The notes under the pieces: generated by a model
Database searches by the model: none
Told to the model about the DNA's origin: nothing
The model's input: only the letters and a program-made list of their open reading frames with translations
DNA from: Balanoglossus misakiensis
Taxonomy: Eukaryota > Animalia > Hemichordata
Length of the DNA stretch: 64,000 nt
Assembly (NCBI GenBank): GCA_040954595.2
Contig: CM082596.2
Coordinates: 2,100,899 to 2,164,898, forward strand
Direction: 5' to 3'
Program-made: the position numbers and the translations under genes
Part shown: positions 1-14,500 of the stretch, one piece after another
Layout: every line of letters starts with the position of its first letter
Numbering within the stretch: the first letter of the stretch is position 1

Positions 1-3000
1 ACAGACTGAAAAAGGCGATACAGTTTTACAAATAATCAAAGAGAAAAGTAAACATTCTCATGTTAACTATCGATTGAAACAGAATTAGGCTGTGAACACA
101 TTCATTTACAAATCTATAGCCGTAATGCTGTACTTCAAGCATTTGTGTTTTTTCAACACAAACATTTAGGAAGGCAATTTACAACTGAACGTGTTCAGTT
201 TGGGTTATATAAAGCCAGGGTGAAGGATGTTTAATATATTTAGAAATGTAATGTAGAATGAAAGAGTAACAAACAAGCCAACATCAGTATTCATCAGCGA
301 GTGATTCATCCAACTGTATAAATTTAGCTTCTTTTGCTCATAAGTCAGAATAAATATCATAAACAGTCATGACATTAATATGTCTCATTTACCATATATG
401 CCCCATTTAGTTCATTATTTAATGTTTTCTGGATTTTCAAATTATTGATCTTTAACTGCTATTAATACAGCTGGTTGCGAGAATGAAACTCAATAAACGC
501 TTTGGGAGTACATGTGTGTAAATTCTTTCTTCCCTTCGTCGAATATGAGAAACATATTTTGTGATTTATGAGGTTAGTTGTGTGATATTCGAAGCTCTTG
601 AACAGGTTTGAAACTTAAATGTCATAATAGCGTATTGAGGTTAATATTCGTGAGAATTCAAGTCGATCTCCAAAGATGAGATTTTGTCAGCATGCAGTAT
701 GTGGCAATTATTAAGGCTTGCATTCATTGTACATGACAGGGAGAGAAACTCATTGATTGGTACATGACAATGCCACACTCTGTTCTTGACGGCTAGCACA
801 AAACATTGTGAGAAAAAATGATGCCGCCGCAGAGGATGAAAAAAAAGAACTGAGCACATTTATTCAGCTTAAACAAGACTGATATCCCAGAGCAGTGTGA
901 ATTACAGCGGCAATGCCGACAAGATTTGCTTTGCAATTCAGATATCATCTTCTTGATTGAAAGGCCAGCAGCTACAGGAATTTTTTGTGCGAGTCTCAAC
1001 TCATCAGGTCTGGTTTTTAAGTTTATTTGAGGTGAACAAATCTGTCGGCACATTCTTTTTACTTTGCTGTGCTTTAGACTTTTGTCATCTTTTCACAGCT
1101 ATTCAACTTATAAAAAGTCCCAGAATTCCTCTGGGTGTTCTGAAATGCAGATATCATGTCTCAATAAAGAATGCTCAACAAAGTGACATTGGCTGTGATT
1201 GGTTGCCAGGTCCAACTGGCATGACGGGACCAGCCTCATTGTGATACCATACATTGTGCCTTTTAATTTCAACAAGATTGTTGAAAAAATATGACCAGTA
1301 AAAGAAAGTGTAACATTGTGTCTCTTTATAAATAATAGAGCACATACAATGTAGCAAATTGCTATAATTACAGTTTGTGAGAGGAAGTTCATCGATACCA
1401 TCCGACAGGAGAGAATTCCATAAGCTGTAGATGGTGGTCTTTTTTCCTAGCGATAAATAAGCAAAAACTATATTTAAAAAATATAATTTAGCAATTTGAG
1501 GATATACATGATTGAACTTTAGGTTGTGATGCATGTGCATATTAATTTTAAGTCCATAGACTTTGAAAGAAATGAAAAGCAGTGAAATTACATGTACCTG
1601 ATAGCAGAGCTCAAATATATGAAATCAGATAGCTTGATGAGACCCTACATGTAATAGTATGAATGTAATATACCTTGATTTGTCAAATTGTAAAAATCAG
1701 CCAAAGTATCGCCTGGCAGGCCTGCAGCACAATTCTTGACGATTCATTTTGTCATGTAGGAACTTATGAAATATGAGACAAAAACTGCAAGTACGAGTAA
1801 TTTCAGCAACAGTTTTTGAGAAGGGACGTCAGTATTTTCTTACATGTTTGTTAATACGCTAAAATGATTTCTGAGCTGCCTTTATTAGTCTTGACTGTCA
1901 GATGTAGATGTATAACCATTATTTTTCCGATAGGTGTCCAGAAAGTACAGAAGTCTGTCTGAGTTAAATGGCATTCTGTATAGAATCAGGGCTGCTGAAA
2001 TAATAATGTAGGGTAATTATAATCAGTAATATTGGCTTTTCCATACTCCAGGATGGACACACTTTGCGTGTGTAATCAGGTGTTGAAACTTTCAGGCCAG
2101 TGTCTGTTGAGTTTGTTTCGAAATCCTACTGGCATGACACAGCAGGTGATCAAGGCACTCACTCTGAAACTATTACTGAGATTATTGTCAATGTATAGTG
2201 GTAGCACTAACTATCACGGGGCATGGGGTGTGGTGGTTGTGCTTGATGGGTGGTATAAAATGTTAAATTTTCATGATTTACGAGCTTTGTTTGCCGCGAC
2301 GTGCCACATTAGGACTGTAAGTCGTATTTTCAGAATAAGGATCATGACTAATGCATTTATGAATTATTAGGTAGATCAGTCATCTTGGCCCAGTTCATCA
2401 ATTACAATACCAGTACTGGTGTATTTTATATCTGTTCATTATTTTGCAATTTAAGCTATACTCTCACAGAAGGAAGCAGAATGTTGCCGTGAAAGGAATG
2501 AAATTGCAATAATTTGATAATGTTGGAACCTTTTCAACTTTCTAATTTTAGAGAAATATAACGTGGTCCAACATGAGCCAATATACAAAGCATTGATATT
2601 TTACGAAATGGGTGCAGGTACTTTTGTGCAGGGACTGGATATCATTGCAATTTGTAGTTTTTTCCGTGAATTTCAGAGCAGTTTCCTGTCATGTTGTCTA
2701 ATTTTCAGACATCCATCTTTTATCACCTGTGTTCTGACACCTTCTCTTTATTCCCAGTTGAGGATTACAGATAATGACAAAGTTTTCCTCCGTAGCTGTT
2801 ATTATGACAACACATTAAGTTTAAATACAATACGTACCTGCACATGTAAAGCTCTCATTTTGCATGATATCTGGCAGAGATAGAACTCGAATTATTGAAT
2901 GTTATTACAGCCATTTGGTTGTCTAAATTATACTTTGGAATGTCAGGCGAATTGGAAACCGTTTTCTGGGCATTTTGGCTTTTGTGTGACAGCCAGTTTG

Positions 3001-6000
3001 GGAACAATAGAGGAAAACGCAAAGATGTGCAATAATGTTACTAAATAAGTAATTGTGTGATTTAAAGTCAGTTTCAATCTTCTCCTACAGAAACCATCAT
3101 TTGCAAAATTGATGACAGAGGAAATGACTCTGTGAAATTTCCTGATTACCATGGCAACTCATATACAGGGGTAATGCCCCTGTTATGCAGCATTATTTTT
3201 TGTATGAAGGTCAATACATTCATATATTTATGAAACATAATGTATGGCTTCTGCCAAGAACAGTAATGACAGCTCTGTAACGACCTATTGAAAAGCAAAT
3301 TTTTCACTACAGATATTGCTTCCATCTTTAATCTGGGTATTACCAATTTTATCTTCTTCTGATTGCTGTGTCTTTGTTGCGCCTCGCAAGACTGGACAAA
3401 TTACTGATTGTCATGTGGAATTACGGACAGTTTTGGTGAAATAGCTATAAATCAAGTCATTCGTCAAGGTGTTCACAAAACGAGGCATTATTTTCCATTC
3501 TGTAGTGTTGCGAGCAAAGAGTGTTTCAGTAGTTGGAAATTTACACCCTCATAGTAAATATATGCTAGCTATTCTCAAAGATTGATCATTTCTTTGCAGT
3601 TTTTTATGAAACTTGCCAAAGGTCAATGGAGAAAATATTTAAACTTGTTTATTTTTCTGGAAAATGTAGAAAGTGCATTAGTGAATGTTTCTCTTGCAAA
3701 TGATATGCATGCATTGTCAGTGGGTAACATGTAAGTGTCACATTTCAAACTCAATTGTTGATGAATTTTTCATATTTTTACCATCAACCGAGCGTATCTC
3801 CATGGGAATGCCCCTAGCATTTCGCACAGAAATATCTTGAAGAAAACATGAAGTAGCATCCCTGGGTACAGAGAAATTGATGAGGCTCCTCAGTCGTACA
3901 GATATTTCTGGAAGTGGGTGTTGATGCCCTGGAAAAGTGTGAAGGACACATGTTGATGATATGAAAAGTTCATGACCGGTATATGTGGATAAGTACTTGA
4001 TGAAATTAAAGTGGAGAGAATTGACAAAGAGAGAGCTTGAAAGCATATTTGTGGCACTAGACTTGTTTTCCTGACCGAGTTCATAAACTTTATAATAGTT
4101 TGTAGTTGTGATCTTGAAAAATTATTGCTGTTTTAGTCATCCATGCAGTAAAAATTTGAGAAGTGTCATTGAAAAAGTGAAATTGGCCTCGTGTTTGTTT
4201 TTCATTTAGTTTACTCGGATATGAATGCACCATTGAGCAATCTCAGTGATCATCCTGGTTATTGAATTGATATACACTTCAATTCACGGTGTTGTACTTG
4301 GTAAAAGATTTATGATCAAAGCAGTAATTATTGCACTGGTCTGATTCAGAATCCACTTAGCTTTGCAAGCTTATTAACTTTTTCTCACAGGATTGTGGAA
4401 ATTGATGAATTTAGCTTCACTGGTTGCCGTGACATTGTAGCTTTTATTAGAATAAAGGTAATATGAGTTCTCAGGGGGCAAAGTGTCATACCACATGGTG
4501 ATTATAATCTTTCATTAAATTTTGGTTTGACATTGATAGCGTTATTAAAAATGCCCATATGTCAGTCGCTAGCTTTGGCAAATCCTGGCTTTATAATCAG
4601 TATTTGTTCTTATATGACAAGCTTCTTATTCAGAAATGTCACTTCTGAAGTCTGGTGACCCATTGTGGTGTGTTTTCAGTTGACTTCAATGCTTTAGGGA
4701 GTAAAACAAGAAACCATAATCAATGACAAAGAGTTATATCTTCTGTGGACATAGTCTGGAAGTAATGTTTCGGGTAATATCTCAGGTGGTGTACCTTGAG
4801 TTGAAAACAGTGATCGATTTCAAGTTCATTCAAAACAATCTTGCTGAAGTTCACTGCCATGGTCATCATCTTGTCCTCTTCATTCAATCTTGAACTTTCA
4901 TTGAACCCAACCCCACAATTCCCAACCAAATTTTCTGTCACCTAACTGTAACCCCCTGCAAAGCAATTTTCCCAGGGGACTTTGTTCGTGTAATGTTATT
5001 TCCGCAGTTTAGTTTGGCCAGCGAATTAGATTTCCCATTTAATTGCTGGGAAGGGATAACATTGGCAATTGTGGCCGTGCGGACTGTTGGGAAATGGATT
5101 GGACTGTAATGTTATTTAGTGACGAAATTGTGTGCCATAAATAGACCAGCTCACAATGAGCGACATTATCCAGAACAACCTGATGAGGTTGGAAATTGAG
5201 GTAATTTCTGTGGTCAGTTTGTGGAATATTGACAGAAGAAATGTGCTAGGACAACAGCAAGAGAGCAATTTAATTGGCAGTTTAATAAAACAAGAGTGTG
5301 AGGTCACATATGTACCAGTATCTTAAGTGTGTGTGTATCATTAAGTACCTGGTAAATACCACTGCTAAGTGAAAATGCTGACAAATCCAGAATCACTCTC
5401 TATACTTTATATTTCATTTCCGATAGCTATGATGAAACTGTAACTTATTTTATCTAGACCATAGGAAGTGTTATTCAACCTGCCTATTGGTCGACATAGT
5501 TGATTATATGTTATTTTAAGACGTTGCCAGGTGCAGTCATACAAATTCAGCCTTCCTATCAGTCAAAACAGTTCATAATATGCTAATTTAAGTAATTTCC
5601 GGGTATATAGGTGTTTAAACCAAGTATGCAGAGAGTGTAAGCATGTAACATAATTCCTCTGGGACCATTCCGTTTGAGTGGAAAGAGAATTTGGCAGTGC
5701 ATTTTTTCCAGCTCATTTGCCACACACGCGAGCAGATTAGAAATATTACAGTATGTAAATCTCGAAAGTCGTCACGACAGCGATGAAGTCACGTGACCAT
5801 TTCAAAAATCCCGAAAATGTGAGAAAACTTGAAACAGAATGAAAGACACCAGTTGCTAGAAAACAGTCAAGGAATGTCGCAATTTGAATTCTCAGTCACT
5901 TGAAAACGGGATGTATCGCCTCATCTTCAAAATAATTAAATTTGCAGAATGGAATTGTGCGGGAACATTAGACTGGTTAAGTCCTATCAGTGGAGGTAAT

Positions 6001-9000
6001 ACATCTTTATAAGGAAGTTCACTGCATTGTGTCAAGCTGTCCTTACGCACCTACGTCTTGCGCATATCTGATTTGCTGCCAGGATTTTCATAAACCTGCT
6101 GCTGTCCTGAAGTGCAACAGTCAGAGTATATTCTCATCATTTCTCGGCTATTTCTCAATCGTGAAGTCGTAGATGACGTTATTAACCATGTCAGCCGGGC
6201 TATAAATTTGAAATGAGCTTGTCTTTTAACTGCGTAGGTGTCAAATTATAGCTTGTTTTTATCGCGGATGACAGTACACACAGTTCTTTCATCCATAAAA
6301 AGTGATTATGCTGTCAGCTTTTTATTGGAGAGATTATTTTAGACAGCTTCTCAAACAGTTCCACTATGTACAGTTCCATCAGTGATGATGCCTATACCAT
6401 CTGTTTTGGTTCAGCGAAGTATTAACGTATTATTTCGTGAAAATTTATCGAAATCACATTGATATTATCTTATCATTTATGAATGTAATGGTTTGAAAGA
6501 TACAGTTAGTTTAATAGATAGACAAAAAATAATGGAAAACAGGCTCCGGCATAAAGCCAAATTATTGTTTCTTTGATTAGCTAACTCCGCCTTTTGGCTG
6601 TTACATCCTTTCCAGCAAATTAGTCAGATCTCGCGCCATCATTAGCAGCAATTATCAACCAGGCTGAGGGACCATGCCAAATGGTCATAGGGACCAGTTC
6701 CTTGTTGCGGCTGAGCAGTGCCCAGTGGTCAGGAACCAGCTTCCTTGATACTTCAGTAATGAGCTAAATTCTCTTACACACTGCTAGAAGAGGCAGCCAT
6801 GCCTCCGAACCATGCAAAGATTCTCCGAGATTTTGTATAAATCTCTTAATGATTGTGCTGCCTTACGGTTAGTTGAATACCTGATTGCATCGGGATCGGA
6901 GACAAGAGGGCTGTTTGCCGAATAAGTCCAAAATGTTTGTGATAATATCAGAGCAGTCAGGCACCCCACAATTCTATTACAAATGTAAATTGTGGTCACT
7001 CCTGCTGGTTATTCTGATACTACTTCACAGAAGTGAAAAGACCCAATCAAGCAAGATCTTCCTTCTCATTAAAGTAAAACTTCTTTTTTTAAAATAAGAC
7101 CATCTCTTCTTCTGTGCTGATTTAAGTTGCCTTCACAAATTTGATTTCCAAATGATGCCATCATGGATCAAGGCTAGTAATGCCAGATTAATGACTCCAG
7201 GACAGATTAATGATGTTATCATACTGGAGAAGTTACTTTAGTTTGATAGATGCTTTACAAGAAAATGTCTACATGGATGCAGATTTCCATTGTAGCCAGC
7301 TATTTATACCAAGTATCTCCAAAAAGCCGAACAGTGAGTGCTCTAAGAAAACAGACAGAAATGTTGCCGAATAAGAGTTTGATACTCATACTACTTTGTC
7401 AGGCAAAACTTTTTTTATTGGTAATTTGTAGTCCGAAGCCACATCTGACAGGGACACGATTAAAACATGATAGTTTTCAAATTTGATACTTGTATTTCCT
7501 CCTGTAGATAAACCAAACACCTGAACATAGGATTGTACTGTTAGATTTCGTTTCCATGCCTAGAATCGATATTGGATGGTTACGGCCGTACATGTTGATG
7601 ATGACCCAATATATATAATCAACTGGCAGGCAGGTTTAGGCTTTCATTGGACGCATTAAAATTCCAGTGCTCAGTGCAGGAGAATGTTTACATATTAGAC
7701 CTAATACTGGATTGATTGGAAGTTTTGATCAAGTTAGGCAGGGATGGGATTACCTAGGAGATGTGTGGGATGGGGATATTGAAAAAAATGTTACATGCAC
7801 ATGTAAAGTCTTTTGGAAAACAGGTAATTTCTTTATACACTCTGATTTCTTTTGACCTTTGCTACAGTCTGTGCAGGGTGAAACTATCCGGGCATTTCTA
7901 CAGCTGTGACTGTTAATACATTATAATCCATATCATTCATTCTTGTAAGTTCTTTTGATTAAAGAACTTAGTTTTCAAATGTTTATAAGTTATATCGTAT
8001 TTAATATTCAATTGTACGTTCAGAATATTTGTTGGATTCCCTAAACACTTGTTCAGACTTTTGCCATTGATAAATTTCAGCTGAAGTTCAAGTTCCAGAA
8101 CTGATAACACATCTTGTGTGACTCTGACCTTTGCTAAACATATGCCTTATTGAGAGCCCAAAGGGGCAAGTCTTTGAAGAGAGACTCTTGATAAGGCAGA
8201 GGGATTGTGTAGATTATAGTGATCACCCTTGATATTGTACAACTCATCAGAGCCATCGAAAATGTCAATGAACCCATCACTTTCAAGGTGAAATACTCCT
8301 AGGCATGCTTTCAGTCTTGGTGATTAGGAAAAGCAAATGTTTTTTGATAATTCTCTCCTGTCACCTTTGAAACGCCCTTCCTGTACATTCATAAATCTCA
8401 CAATACCACATCAGGGATAATCACACCTTTCCATCATCTGGTTATCTTTGTTCATGACCTTCAAAACATTTTCATCACTGACCTTCTGTAGCTTCATGGA
8501 TTAATTAATTATTGCAGGATCATAGGGTTAATGGTTGGCATAAAAAATTGAAAATGTCAAAGTTATTTTATAGTGTTCAGTGTAATTTTTGGTCAGTGTA
8601 TAATAAGAAGACAGCTGAGGACGGAAATCTAGTTCACAAGACAGTTTTACAGAAGAAAACTATACAAAAAAGTACTGATATATTTCCTAGTGATTTAATG
8701 TTATTGTGGTCAGTAAAATTAACTTGAGTGTAGTGAAATTACCAGTAGAATAAAAAAGCATGGTTTTGTCAGTTTTGATTTCATTTAATTTTTTGAACCG
8801 GCATTTCAGTTGTGATGTGGATATATTTTCCAAACTTAATGAGACCCACCCATGGTGCGAGCTACAGCAATCATGCAACCGGAAAAATCCAACAGAGCAA
8901 TCATAAAGAAAGAATAAACTAAGCTAGAGGCGGTGAAGTTCAAAGTCAGTGTTGCAAATTAGACTTTATTGGAAGTTCAAATAGGTCTCATAATGACTTC

Positions 9001-11479
9001 ATCATACCCTGGGGTAATGCCTCAAAATGTTATAGTCAGATTTGAATGAATTAGGCCATCATAATAAGGGTCATGCTAATGGGTATTGTGTTTCATTAAA
9101 TCAGTGTTTGTTCCTTGTGGAGTTGCTGATGTTTCTATTCATTTTCACAATAACCATATTACACACCACTGGCATTAAACATACCGCTAGTATAATATTG
9201 CTAACTAAACAGGTTCTGGCAGGTGTTAACTAGTTTGTTTATTTTATGCTCCATATATCATAGTCATGGCATCAATCAATTTTTATCGCTGTTAAGACCA
9301 CAGCAGTGATCAACCTCACGGAAAGAGTAACATGTTTCTATGCAATACATGTACAGTACCTTGTATTCAAATGAATGTCCACATCATAGTGTATGTTAGC
9401 TGGCAATTCCTCATTCAAAGCTAGAAAGTTGTAAAAGTTTGAAACCCAAGCATTCCAAGTGTAATCCTGATTGCAGGTGTTTTAGCGTAAATTATGACAG
9501 AGTTTGTAGTTACTAGAAGTAACAGTAAAATTCCAGAAAATCTCGCACAAGCAGTGGATTCTATTCCTGATAATCGGCAGTTTATTTTAGGACTCTATCC
9601 TGTCAAGAAAAACGCACAACAGGTGAGCATAGGATTAATCAGCTAACGCTCAAATTTCAGCTGTACATTTCAATATATTTCCTTTGTAACGTCATCAGTA
9701 TACGCACTTAGAAGGCTTTGCGGCCTGTTTGTCTTGTGGCTTTTTAACCATAAGCCACTTGATCAAAGTAGATGAGACGTGAATAGCAGTGAGAAAGAAA
9801 TGGAATTGTGGCAACAACATTATTCCTCAGAGCAAGGAGAATTTTGAGCAAACATCTTGGTTGAATGTAAACACTCATATTTGCTGAAGGTGGCTAGCAA
9901 ACGTAGAAACGAACTGAAATGAAATTTTATTTTTCACGGTTTTATTGACTTTATCGCAGAATAAAGGTACATTGATGTGGATCTTTGCCTGAAAGTGGCA
10001 CTAATGTGCAAGGTAGCCTGAGAGGTAATATTTTACAGTGCTTCCTAGAAAGCCATGCTAAAACACACAAAATTTAACCAACTGCCATTTCATTTCCTGG
10101 CTCTACATGTGTGTAGAGTCAGACATAAAATATCAATATTCTTTCACTATACATTGCATCAAACAATTTAACAGATGATTTGGCCACTACTGCAGATATT
10201 ACTTTACTCCTTACTGTTCATAGATTTTATCCTTTCATACTATTCACTCCATTAGCCTTTCACCCCCATTTTCCTCTACGTGGTTCCATCCGAACCAACA
10301 TTCAAACAGAGGGGTTATACTAAATTCAGTCACAAACTGAGGAATTCTAATTTGCCAGATTGGATGTTAACTCTCATTCAGGAACAGCGGGCATTGTCAT
10401 TGCCATTTTCACAACAAAATGGGAAAATTACCAGGCACGTACCAACATCGCAGCACGCTCCATTATCGTGCCTGCGGTAAAATCAGAAAGTGAACAAATT
10501 TCCTGCTGACTTTGCATGGGATCTCACAGCAAGTGTTCTCCAAGGATATGTGACTGTTACGCTTGACCTAATTCCATCCTGTCAAAGTAGCTACAGTTTA
10601 ATAAAGCGACGAGAAGTTTACCTTTTAACATTATGAGCTTTTTTTCTGCTGTAACCTGGTAAACGGTCAAGTGATTGGAGCGAAAAAGTTTGTTCTAATC
10701 CTGTCCAAAAGGGGGTTTACTTTGGATCACATCAAGGGATTTTTGTGTAAAGATTTGTCAAAGAAGTGTTATATTAAATTATGACTGCAAGTCTCAAGTT
10801 TTCCTCAAATGTAAGCTGCTTTTTTCACAAATTAATTTCTAGCTGTATCACCACCTGAAACCTTTAATCGGATAGTTTGTGTGTGTCCAGCAAGTAATAT
10901 GTGACTGGTGTGTGTACATGCAGTAATGTTTAATAAGGTGATAGATGATTGGGACTTAAATGAAATAAGACAGGATAAAGTCACCTGGATGCACTGTAAA
11001 TTTACATGCCTGTTCCTCGCTTGGGTGTTTGATGTGGTGTGCCGAAGTGCTAGCATGAATGAATGAGAGTTTAGCGGCGCATATGGTGATATTTTCTTTG
11101 CGGCACTGAATCAGAGAGACGGTGAATGCGACTGAGTGCGGCTTATTCCAATATGGGCACAGGTGTGCAAATAGCGCAGTCTGATAAACAAGATCAATAT
11201 TTTTTAAAAGTTTTTATTAATTGTTTATCTCAGACTTCAGTGAATTTCTTGCACTTGTGGTACTTGTAATTTTGACAGGTGCAATCACAGTGTCTGCCGA
11301 CTTTATTTGATACAAGTAAACTATTCTTTTAGAAATTTACAGCATTTAGTAAGTCTGCCATACATTCTGTCTGGAAGTAAAATGTATGATTGTCAATTAG
11401 GGAGCTTTCTCATACTTGGCGGCAAAACTTTTGACTGTTATAGCATGGTAATGTGTATTTTTTTTTTTTTTTGCAATAG

Positions 11480-11543
11480 GGAGAAGTTAGCAGTGGCTCG
11501 GCTACAGCGAGAGTTGTCCAAAGTGAAGACGGAAACACCATCA
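11480..11543 (+). CDS. NCKAP5: NCKAP5-like exon (R)EKLAVARLQRELSKVKTETPS
   Basis: Poly-T/TAG acceptor, GTAAGT donor; phase 2 to 0; family motif. Confidence 0.85.
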
Positions 11544-14500
11544 GTAAGTCAAATTAAAAACTATCAATTAAACAAATTTACATCAACTTTGTAAATTCTG
11601 TTAGTAGAAATAAGTTTAGCATATATACCAGTGGAGTCCTAAGATGATCATATCATGTTTTATTCATGCTAGTTATATTTGTGTTCGTTTTTATGCAATA
11701 TTCATGCAGTTATCCATTTCATATCCATTAGAACTACGATGGATATCAACTAGAGAGAGCCTCACAGTGCATTTCAATTTTACTCTTATCAAGGTGTACT
11801 TTGAGATAATGAGAATGTTTTTTCTCATGGCATAATCTGCTGATTATATCTGCAGTCCCAAAAATTTATCAGATAATAAAAGTAGCTTAGATGTTACTTG
11901 CAAACTGAGTAATTTCTATGATTCAGGCTGAAGAAACTCATTTGCTATCAATAAGGGAAATAGAGAAATTAAATGAAGAACTCAATAAAATAACACAAAG
12001 ACACTTTAGCTAACTCTTACATGCATCTTTTCCGGACAGTAGATAGTGCAGAGAGCTTTTTTTATAAGAAAATCTTGCAAGGAACTCTAGTATAGTGGAG
12101 CTTGGAGGAGCATTTCATATGAGGATGATGGTGATAGGGGCTTGGGGGTTTTGAAATAACCTTGACACTGATTTATCCAGCGACATCACAATCACAAATG
12201 ATCCATTGCAGCTCATCCTGCATAGACGTTTTTATTACAAAAGAGATACGTCTAGTACGCTTGATGAAAAACGTGATTAGAGCAAACATCATATATATTA
12301 AGAGGTTACTGAACTCTCAGACATTAATTGCGTATTATTAAGTACAATTGTTCAGGTACAAGGATACAGCTTCGTGCTAGATGAATAGCAATGTAGAGTT
12401 TATTACCCCATCACAGTCACATGGCCCTAATGATCAGTGAGCACTTCCCTAATGCACATCAACTACTTTATTGCTTTTAAAGGTTTAAAGAAAACTCCTG
12501 CTGCAGAATGTCTCCGATTTCAAGGGTAATGATGCTAAAAATGAATCATGGGCAGTGAAAACGAGATTGTGACCGTATATTTCACACCTGGATGTGTTTG
12601 GTGTTATTAACCTTGAGAGGAAAGTAGCATACAATGCACATTGGAGTGTGCTTAACAGAGAATATTGTGTCTCTGTGATTTTAAGAGGAATGTGATATTT
12701 TCAACAAGTAACTCCAAGGCAAAATGTCACAAGCACTGGGTTAATAGTAATACAGTGAAACCTGTCTAAATGTCTGCCTTTTCCAATCCCTTCGACGTTA
12801 GCTGCTGCAGTGAGTTGTAGAAAGCCAGTATACATCATGATTCCTTAATCACTAATAAATCTCAGAAATCAGCTATATGTAAAATAAAAAGTCAAAAACA
12901 TCCCAATTTTAAAATTCAAGTGTCTTACTATAAACTCACATGACTCTTGCACTCAACAGACTTGGATTTATTAATGACAGTGTCACATACCTATAGCTTG
13001 GATAAGATTCTTAGCAGGTCATAGACAGATTACAGGATAAGGAAGGTCTTGACAGATGGAGCAGGCTTTCTGGGCAGGATATGAACTGAATATGTTAATT
13101 CTAAGAATATCGATTGAAATGATTGAATAAGTGTGTTGTTGAGATGAGCCAGGGCACATAACAGATGTTGTACAAACTGCATATGATGTGTAAATGTCGG
13201 GAATATCTGAAGTAAATTGCCGTGAAGTGGAAATTGATACACCTCATAGATGTCATTGATTTTTGTCTTTGCAGGATATGGCCTGAAGTAATTGAAAGGC
13301 TGTGGTATTTCTAATGGAGGCTTAACTCCATCATTTGTATCGGTTCTCTAGTGAAGTGTATCATTAATTGTGATCAAAAGATGAAATGGGTCACTTATTG
13401 TGACAGAATATTGTCTTCATGTGAGCATATAGACTTAAGTTCTTCAATAATTCTATCATTGGACAATGAGGCTTTTGATACATCTTTGTAGTTAATTGGA
13501 CTTTTTCAGAGGCTGGCAATAACTGTAAAAGCTCAGGCAATTAGGTAATTAATTCTTAACACAGATATGTGAGGAAGTATATGTACTGGTAGAAAGCTTT
13601 CATTAATTGACCCATTTCCTTGACTTACTTTTGCATTAACCACAAATGTTAAAGTTACTTCATTCAGTGCCTAATTGTCCAGCCTTTCACTGATAGATAG
13701 AGAATCAATTTTTCATTTGAAAATGTCTTCCATGAATGATGACATTAGAATAAGAACTGTTAGAGAACTATTTCCCAAGGGCTTCCAAGTCTATCATCTT
13801 TGTCACGCACAGTATACCTTTAATGTGTGACCTTTGACATCTATGCATGAACTCGCCAAGTGTTTGCCGAACCAATTTTCCAGTAATTAAATTCCATTGT
13901 AAGATTTCTGTCACTAGACTTTGACAGTGTCAACACACACAAAAAAACCTTGGCATGGACATGCGTTGATTGGAAAATCAGCGCGATCAGAAATTGATGG
14001 CTGATCAAATTACAGGTATTTCCCGTGGAATCAACGCTACCCCATCAATTCACCAGATTTCTCTTTTCAATAGAATGTCCATGCATATTCCGAAGAATGA
14101 CTGGAGATAGACAGCTTTATGAATATTTGATTTGATGGTGACTTCATGGCTTGAACAAAAGCGAACCCATACGAACTTACAGTTGACCTTTTCATCACAG
14201 GATATAAGCTAGGCTGATGAAAATTTTGCACTCACACTTTACTTCCCTAACTGCCTCTTTGCATCACTTGCTCAGGTTAGGGAGCTTTTCTCATTCATGT
14301 TTACATTGCTTCTTGCCATTGTTTTTTTTCGCAAACTGCTAAGAAAGTGACCCCTTAACTAAAGGAAAGATGCATATAAACGTTGGTTCCTTGGTGGATT
14401 ACTGGTTGTACTTTTGAGGCCAGTACTTCATAAAAAATATTCCATATGAGTCAGCTTTGGTTCTTTCATCAAAAAATCATGTGTCTGCCATAAATAGGAT

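Noticed and set aside
5157-5200. Possible alternative first exon MSDIIQNNLMRLEIE|gtaatt
   Set aside because: Phase 0 does not fit the next exon (phase 2) and there is no homology support.
1-11479. Short ORFs in the first 11 kb
   Set aside because: Cys/Phe/Leu-rich composition typical of non-coding DNA and no domains; probably intron of the NCKAP5-like gene.
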